Shown: positions 21,801 to 30,800 of the stretch, in pieces | Layout: each line of letters begins with the position of its first letter | Position numbering within the stretch: position 1 is the first letter of the stretch | Virus record (IMG/VR): IMGVR_UViG_3300029747_000004 | DNA length: 64,000 bases | Direction: 5' to 3' (one strand) | Origin: a virus | Lineage: Duplodnaviria > Heunggongvirae > Uroviricota > Caudoviricetes | Translations under genes and position numbers: made by a program | The notes under the pieces: generated by a model | The model's database searches: none | Told to the model about the DNA's origin: nothing | The model's input: the letters and a program-made list of their open reading frames with translations, nothing else

Positions 21801-24800
21801 ATCTTTTATTTCAGATAATACAGAGAATATAGACTCATATCCTTCTCTTTCCTCGTCAACCTGTTCGAGTATAGAACCTGCGGTATCATTGGCTACAGAA
21901 GACATCATAGAATTTCGCTGCTCTTGAAGATTTGTTAATTGGGTTTCAAGTTCTTTTACTTCTTGAGTTTTTTCTTGGATTCTAGCGTCTCTATCTTCGG
22001 CAGGTGTAACACTACCCATTGATTTATAATAATCCCAATCCGCCGCTTTAGCATTATTTAATTGTTCACGAGCGGTCGCAAGTTTATTTTGAATATCATC
22101 TATTTCAGAATCAATTTCGGAAGTATTTATCGTAGCATAATTCTCAATATTATCTTTTATCGCGCTAGCAAATTCTTCAGCAGATACTGCAATATCATCT
22201 GTATTAAGAATGTTGTTAACAATATCGCCACCGATATTATCGCCAATTTTTATGCCACTTAATTTATTTTTAATATTGCCAACAAGATTTACTATTGACT
22301 TAGATAAACCTTGTTTGCCAAATACAAATCCATTTTTTTTATCATGAATACCCAATATTGAAGCAAAATCAATCTTATTCTTTGAAAAAATAGATTTATA
22401 TGAAAAAAGTACAGTTAACGCGGTTTGTAAAACTCCAACTTTATCTATTAGATTTGCTAAAGCAGTTCCAATATTTACAATAAACTTAATTACATCACTA
22501 TCAATAAAATTCATCCACATTGTTTGAACTGCGTTGTTAAATTGGTCAATACGTCCTTGGATTGAATCCATATATGTTGCATTTTCACGAGCCGCAGACC
22601 CTTCCGCATTCATTGCTGTTTCATATGCGCTCGTTAAGTCACTCATGTTGCCTAAAATGGCAGAAAGAGTGTTGGCACGATTTTTACCGGCCATAAGTTC
22701 GAGAAGTGCAGCCTGGTCTATATCGCTCATATCTTCCCAAACTTGTCCAATTTCTTTTAGAATCGTATATGTATCTTTATAATCACCTGACTCAGTAAGA
22801 ATATTAACTCCACTAAGTCCTTGAATTTTTGATTGTAACTTACTGACACTTGTAATAACTCCGTCAGTTTCTTCGCCCATTTCTTTGAGGACATCTACAC
22901 TCGTCCCTCTTAAGCGCAAAGAAATAGTACGCAGGGCACTTCCCACGGAATTTGTGTCCTGAACAACTTTATTTGCTGCCGCAATTAACGCAACACTTTG
23001 TTCGAGGTTGTTACCTCCCTCCATGAGCGCACTTGCAGAGTCTTGCAGTGCTGTTGCCAGTCCGTCAGAAGAGACGGCGTAGTTGTTACCCACCTCATTT
23101 AAAATATCAACTACATGCTGACTCTCGTCCGCAGTATAAGAGAATGCCTGCATCGTTGAAATTAACGCCTTAGACGCTTCCGTAGCATTATCAAATTCAG
23201 ATACGTTCAATAAGATTGCGGTGCTCTCCGCGAGCTTACCGGCCTCTTCGATAGAGTACCCGAGCCTTGCCCACTCCGCAGCCATCGTTGTTAATTCAGA
23301 AACTGTACTACCAACTGTCGCCGCAGTCTTGGACATATTCTGTAAAAACTGATCATACGTCGCATCTGTTTCATTTGTAACCTTTTTAAGCTCAGTTAAT
23401 GCCGTATCAATTTCAATAATATACTGAACACCTTTTCTAATCTGTTGCCATATCTCTTGGAATCCAGTCATAGAAATCAAATACGTTGCAATGCCTTTTG
23501 CTTTATTGTGAAGTTCATCAAAGAATCTACCAAACGCAGTAGTTGCCTTCTCCGTTTTTCCAGCAGTAGCGTAAATTGCAGTTCCGGCAGCATTTAACGT
23601 AGCGGTCATATTCGTCAAAGTGCCGTCTCCATTTTTGACTGTATATGTTAATTTTGTGAATTTCTTATCGAACTCCCCGATTGCTGCATCTGGAATTTTA
23701 CTAACAAAATCTTCTAATGCTTTTTTACGACTTTGCCACTCGTTTTGAAAATCCTCCGCAACAGGACTTGAATCAACTTGATCTTGCTTTAATTTTTCTT
23801 CCTGTTTTACAACTTTACCAAGCTCTTGTGCATATCTATTGAACTCGATTTGAGCCTGTTTAAAAGCCTCAACTTTTGCCTTCCCAGATTCAGTTGTTAA
23901 ATCTTCTCCAATTTTGAATTTTGACTGAGCTTCTTTTAATTTGTCATAAGCATCTGTAAGCTTCTTAACCGCATCAAAATCTCCAGTTAAATCAGCGCTT
24001 TGCGCACGAGATACCAATGAATTGTATTTTGCGCCCTGATTCAAAAGTTGCGCCGTACCATAAGCCTGTTTTGATGGATTTCCGTTTGCATTAACTATGT
24101 TATTTTTTTGCTTGTATGCATCAATCAATCCAAACAATGCAGTTTTTGTTTGTTCGATACCGGATATTTCAGCTCGTTGCCCACTGCCGATCTTCATGTT
24201 ATATTCGTCAAGCTGTTTAAGTAGTTCATCTCGCTTATCTAATATTTCTTGCTGGTCAACATTCGGATTTTCAATTTGCCTATTCAAACCAGCTTCTTTT
24301 AATTTAGAGTTTAATTCACCTCTAACTCGCTTAGACTGTTCTGTTTTATCTCGTTTTGCCCCCCATTGTGCATTACCAATCTCATTTTGGAGGTCCGCAA
24401 ATTTCTTTTGCCACTCAGATAAACTAGCGCTATCATTAACACTTTTAAGTTCGGTTTCAAGTGTTTGAATCTTTGTCTTTAATTCGTCTGTAACTCCAAG
24501 TGTATTCTCAATACTCTTTTTGTACTTATCAAAAGAAATCCCTTGTGCGCTTAAATCTTGAGAAAACGGATCTTGAACATCTTTTACTTTTTTAATATAA
24601 AGATCTTGTTGCACTGCGGTCTCATTAATCTTATTCTTTAAAGCTTCCCAGTTATTTATTGCTACTTTAAGCGCATCACTGTCCGCTGCAGTTTCTATAG
24701 CTTTTCTAGAATCATCTATTTGCCCTTTAAAGCTATCTGGAACAGATATATCTTTGTATAATTTAGTTCGGTCTAAATCAAATTTACTTAGCTTTTTGCT

Positions 24801-27800
24801 CCTATCAGATTCGAATATTTTTTTGTCACTTTCAAGTTTCTTTTGATTAATCAAATCTGTTACTTGTGACCCTAATTGCTGCACTAACGTAATTTGTTGT
24901 TTCCATTTTGTTATCTGATCATCTGAAATGTCGTCCAACTTACTATAAGCGTCCGTCATGTTATTTAACTCATCAGATGCCTTTTGATAATCAACATAAA
25001 TTTGATCTTTGTCACTAATTAAACCACTAGAAAGCCCATTATCGATAAGTTTCTTTTGTAAGGCATCCAGTTTCATTTTTTGACTATTAGACATAGTAAC
25101 GGTAGTACGTTCTATCTTATCGTCATTTTCATCAAATGTTTGGAATATCTGTTTAGACAGCCCATCAATTTCCTCTAAGATTGTAATTGTATATCTACCA
25201 CTATCCTTAAATTGTACAGTTGCGTTTTTGCCTTGAGCAGCATATTCATCAATATGCTTTTGCGCACGAGCTTCTACCTCGTCCTTGCTATATACATACG
25301 GATTGCTATCATCCGCCATTTGTTCAGATGTTTTATTTAATGACTTCGCAAATGCCGATTGCTTATTAATAGCAAGGTCTACAGCTTCATTAGCCTCATT
25401 AACCTTGACAGTAAAACCTTCCCACTCTCCATCAACATTTTTGAATGCGCCGCTAACTCTAACAAGACCATTTGTTAATGAATCTAAAGTGGCAATCTGC
25501 ACATCTGATCCAAGTTTTAGACCAGTATCAATTGCTTTTTGACGGATTACATCTTGTTGCGCAGGATCTTCGATTCTTGCTTGAGCAACACGGGTATCAC
25601 TCTTCTGTGCTTTTTGATGTTGGACAATTCCATCTGCTACATTCTTTAACGCAGCAACAGCATCTGATAATGGTTGCGTAAATGCAGACAGCTCATCACT
25701 AATAGAGATTCCAGTTAAAATATTATTTAAAATAGTTACAACACTCTGTAGTGTTGTTTCTAGCGCATATCCTGAACCATCTTGCTCGTCTGGTATAATG
25801 TTATCACTACCTTCAGATACCGCAGCATCTGGTTTAATTTGTTGTTCCTCGCTAACATCCATTCTGTTCAAAATGCTTTCAAGAACACTCTTTACTGACT
25901 GCAAAGTCGTTTCTAGTGCATAATCAGAATTACCGCCAACATCTGAATCCGCCGAAGTAGCTTGTACAAAACTTTCTTTAAGTCCAGAAGACATATTATT
26001 AAGCCACGTCTGGAACTCTGGAAGTGCATCCAGATAATCTTTCCTAACCATTACTTCGCCTTCGGCAGTTGTCTGATAAGAGCCAATTGTATCTATTGGT
26101 CTAATAACAGTTTCAAGAATATGTTTACCAAAACGTTCAGCTACAGATCTATCGAAAGTAAAAGACAGTACCTTATCATCGTTTGTATAGTTTTCTTGAT
26201 TCTTTCCGCGATAAACTGGGATGTTTGAATATAAGAATTTATTGAAATCAATATCCTTTCCCGAAAACTGCTTGTAATTGTCCCACATTACATTTAACGC
26301 CGCATTACGTACATCTTTATCTGCTAAGGCAATGCTTTCTAATGCTGGTTTGTAAGGGCTTTCAGATTTTACAAACCAACCATCAAGAATATTCTCTGGG
26401 ACTTTACTTCTAATAATATCTACAGCATCTTCTATAGTTGTTTCTATTGGCTGAAAATCTTCACGGCTATAGTTCGCTTTTCTCCAGAACTCAAGCATTG
26501 ATCTGGTATCAATGCCAAGCGCTTTTAAGGCAGTCTTATTATTATCCCTAAAAGATTGCGGATCATTATATTGTGTTGCTTTTGTCGTAAGATCTTTTTC
26601 TAACTTGCTCTTATCTAATAGCAGATTAATAAGCGATACTGCTTCGCTCAATGTCCTTTCTGATGCCAAATTTTGAGACAGTCTAGAAGACAGTAGCGTA
26701 TATATATTTGATACCGCATTATTATCAGTATCAATACCTTCTGATGTAGGATTATATTTATTAGACGTTAGGTAACTATTAATTCCATTTACCGCATTCA
26801 AAATAGAGCCTAAAACAGACAAGTCTTGTTCACTAAATTTATCCTGGTTTAATCGGCTTTCGTCAACCGGTTTTTGCACTTCGACTGAATCTTGATCTTT
26901 TGCTTTTATACCGGTGAAACCTTGTAGCACACCATAAATTTGATTTAGGATGTTTTGAATTTCTTGTAATGAAGTGTCTTGTATATTATTAGTCTGAGTC
27001 AGGTTTTGATTATAATATTCAATAAGTTCTTTTGCAGTATCAAATGATTTTATATACGGACTAGACCTATCTAAATCGTACACGACGGACCCATGTTTAA
27101 ACCCATCAAAACTTGTCCCACGAGTGTCAACACCTTGATACCCAAGCTCTTTCATAAACATGGTCGGGATATTATCAGACTGTCTAAGATATGCCTGCAT
27201 GGTGTCAATGACGTTGTTTACATCATTTGAACTTGTATTCATAGTTTTATTAATAGCAGGAACTACGGTTTTCATTCTATTAATAAGATTTTCAAATCCA
27301 TTTATTGACAACAATGTACCCTTAAAAACATTTTGAAATTCCGTATATAGAGAATTAATATCGACATTTTGTAGTTCTTTATTAAAACCATCATACCCAG
27401 CAGAAGCCAAAACAAATTTTTGCAATTTATTTAAAAAATTATATAACCCCTCTGCTTGTTCATTTGTTTGCGCCATATATAAATTATATTTGCTTAGGTC
27501 TATAGCATAAAATTTTTTATTTCTCTGCTGATCTGATTGTCCATTGGTACTTATTGAAGCAAAATCATTTGGATTCGTTGCATAATATATCCCAGTTCCA
27601 AATGAACCCCAGTTACCATACGACAAAGACGTTCTTTGATCTGAAAAAGTCTCACTTTTTTGACCAGTACGGGCATAATAATCAAGATTACCATAGTGTA
27701 GCCCGAACTTTTTAGTAGGCACATTAAAAAGATTTTGAACAATATTTTGCAATGATTCTAAATAAGTTTTAAGATTTTCAAGAGATGTAACTTCTTGCTT

Positions 27801-30800
27801 AATAGATAAATCTACAACTCCCGCCTCTTCTCTAAACGCATTAGTTTTAGCGTCAACTGCAGTTTTAACTTCATTTATTTTTTTCAAAAGATTATCAAGT
27901 TGCGCCGTTTCGGTTTGGATGTCATTGTCTGTCGTAAAATTACCCGTATCATTACGAACATTGTTTAGTTGATTTTCTAATTCTGTATTACGCCGCCTAA
28001 GCTCATCATTCTCCGTCGTTGCATTGCGATACTCTTCAAAATAAGAATAATCATAACTACCATCACCATACCCATTATAATGTACGGTTGAATTTGTTAA
28101 ATGTGTGTTTGCTGCATTAAATGCGTCATTAACCTGGTTCATTTGTTCGGCGGTAAGCTGATTCTGTTTTCCAAATTCGTCAAGGATCGCTTTAGCTGAC
28201 TTTAAACGCTCAGTGTATTTACCAATCTCAAGATTGTCATCTGCATTACCCGCCGCATCAAATGATTTATTCCGAATTTCATCAACGAGATCAAAAAACG
28301 CCTTTAATTGATTAGATACTTCTTGTGCGGTGTCGCCAATTCTTTGTAATGCCGTAACTGGCATGTCATCAAAATCAATACCAAAATCCATTGCGAGTTC
28401 TCTTGTTAAGCCATCTAGATCTCGTAGACCATCGCCGAAATCCATAAATTTTTGGTGAATTTCGCTTATTTCAGATGGATGAAAATACTTTTTAAAAAAC
28501 TCAAAATCTTGACCTTCGTGTCTGTTAAAAATTTGAGAATATTCTTTTGCCGCACTTGCAATTTCGTCATAAGTTATCCCAGCAGTCCTTCTAAGATCAG
28601 CATATTCATCTTTTTGCCGTTGAATGTCTGTAATAACATCTTGAATACTACTAGTTGATATATCTCCAACTTGGAGAAAATCACCATCTTCTTTAATATT
28701 TTCTGCTTTAGCAATTTGGTTAAAAATATCTACGGCATTATCAGAAGACAACGTTTTTAATAAATCGTCATATTTTGAAAAATCAATATTTTTACCAGAC
28801 ATTGCGACTAATAAACCCTTAAGCTTTTCTGCAGGGTCAATTGCTTGTTGCATATTTTGTTTAACATTAAATATTTTTTCAGCTAAATCTCCGAATTGTG
28901 ACGGGGTCCATCTTGTGGCAACATCTACGTATTTTGGATTAATATCATTCAAAATTTTATTAAAATCTTCTACGCTAACCGACTCTTTCCCCTTCCCGTT
29001 TGTTACTTCTCTAAGTTTATTTAAAGCGGTATACGCATCTTCCGCTTTTACTTTTGCCAGGTCTAAAGTAACAATATCTTCCCTGCCAATAACGGCACTC
29101 ATTTTTGTTAATCCAGCATATTGTCTTTTAATGGCTTGTAAAAAGTCAGGTGCATTAATACCAGAATCAATCCCCATATGGCTATGTGCATCCACATCTA
29201 TATCTTGCATGATATTTGACAGATAATTCTCTGCAGACGTTTTACCAGATACTTCTTTATACCCACCCTTTTTCACAGAAATGTTTTGCCCCGCAATACG
29301 AACATCGTATTCAATATCAGATGGTTGCGACAGCACATTAAACATTTCACCAATTGCAACTGTCATACCTCGAATATATTCCGTCGCACTTACCGCATAT
29401 TCACCAATTCGTTCAAAACTTTCAGCCGACATGTTAACACCTTGTGGGATATCAATTTGTAATATGTTTGATAATTTCGAAACCACATCCTCCAGTTTTA
29501 AAATCGCACCACCATCTATCTCTTCAAAAAAATCATACATGGAGTTTTTTTGATCTTCATTTATCTTCTTTATTTGTAAAATTTTATTTTGTATTTCTCT
29601 TTGGCGATTTAACACATCATTATATTCATCCGAGCCTCTTTCTAAACTCGACAATTGTTTTTGCAAATTTATATATTCTTTTACATAAGCATTCAATTTA
29701 TTATAAGCATCAGATTCCGCATCTATTTTTTGAGCAGCACCAGAATCATGCAGCTCAGTCGTATCTGCGCCTCGATCAACACCGTCAAGCACTTTATTCT
29801 TAATATTTTGAATTTTTTGTTGTTTTTCTACAATAGCCTGATCATAAATAGCAGATATATTTTTGAAATTCCTTTCAAAATTGGATAACACATTGGCGAA
29901 TGAGTCAGAATATATAATTTCTTCAACGCCTTGAAGCAATGCCTTATCTAACCCTTCATCATCACCGACTTTAAATAATTGAAGTCCAACCTTTGCCCTT
30001 TGTGCTAAATTATCATAATATTCTCTTGTCCCTTTTTGTAAATTTTCACTTACTGAATCTAATTCTTTATATTTTTTTATAAGTTTTTCTACGTTTGATA
30101 AATCAACTTCTAGATTTATTGCATTACCTTTTTCAGAATCCTTGCTTGCTTGTAAAATAGAATCAAGTTCTTTTTTTAAAGCTTTTAATTCAGATATTTG
30201 GTCTTGTAACTTTTTAATCTCATTTTGAGCACTCTCACTTAAATTTCCATTTCCACCAACTCCACCGATACTAAAATTATCTCCAATACCAGAAATTTTA
30301 TCTACCCATAACGACTCAAACTTATTAAAAGCATCTGTAACTGTTTTTATCAAATTGGCATTTACACGTCCAGTAAAATCATCCATATTAAAATCCGGGG
30401 TTTGTCCAATTGCCTCATATAGAGAACTCAAATCTTTTGCAAATTGACGAACTTCTTTGATACTAGACTTTGGAGTAAGAGTAGAAAGTTTCTCTCGTAC
30501 AGCATCTAATTTTTTAAGATTGTCGCCAGACATACCAAACAAATCTTCAAACGCACTACGAGAATTGTCATCTAACCCATCAAACATATGCTTAAATTTA
30601 TCTTTATTATTAGCAATTAAGCTAGACAAATTCTTATCGATCATTGCAATATATCCAACAAGATCCTTAAACACCGTCATTTTGTCGGCGGCAGTTTCTA
30701 TGCTGCTTAGTTGTTGTTTAAGATCCGCAATAAATTTTTTTGCATCACTTTTAGCCTCAGAAGTATCCAAAAATAATTCCGCCGTTGCTTTAAATTTATT

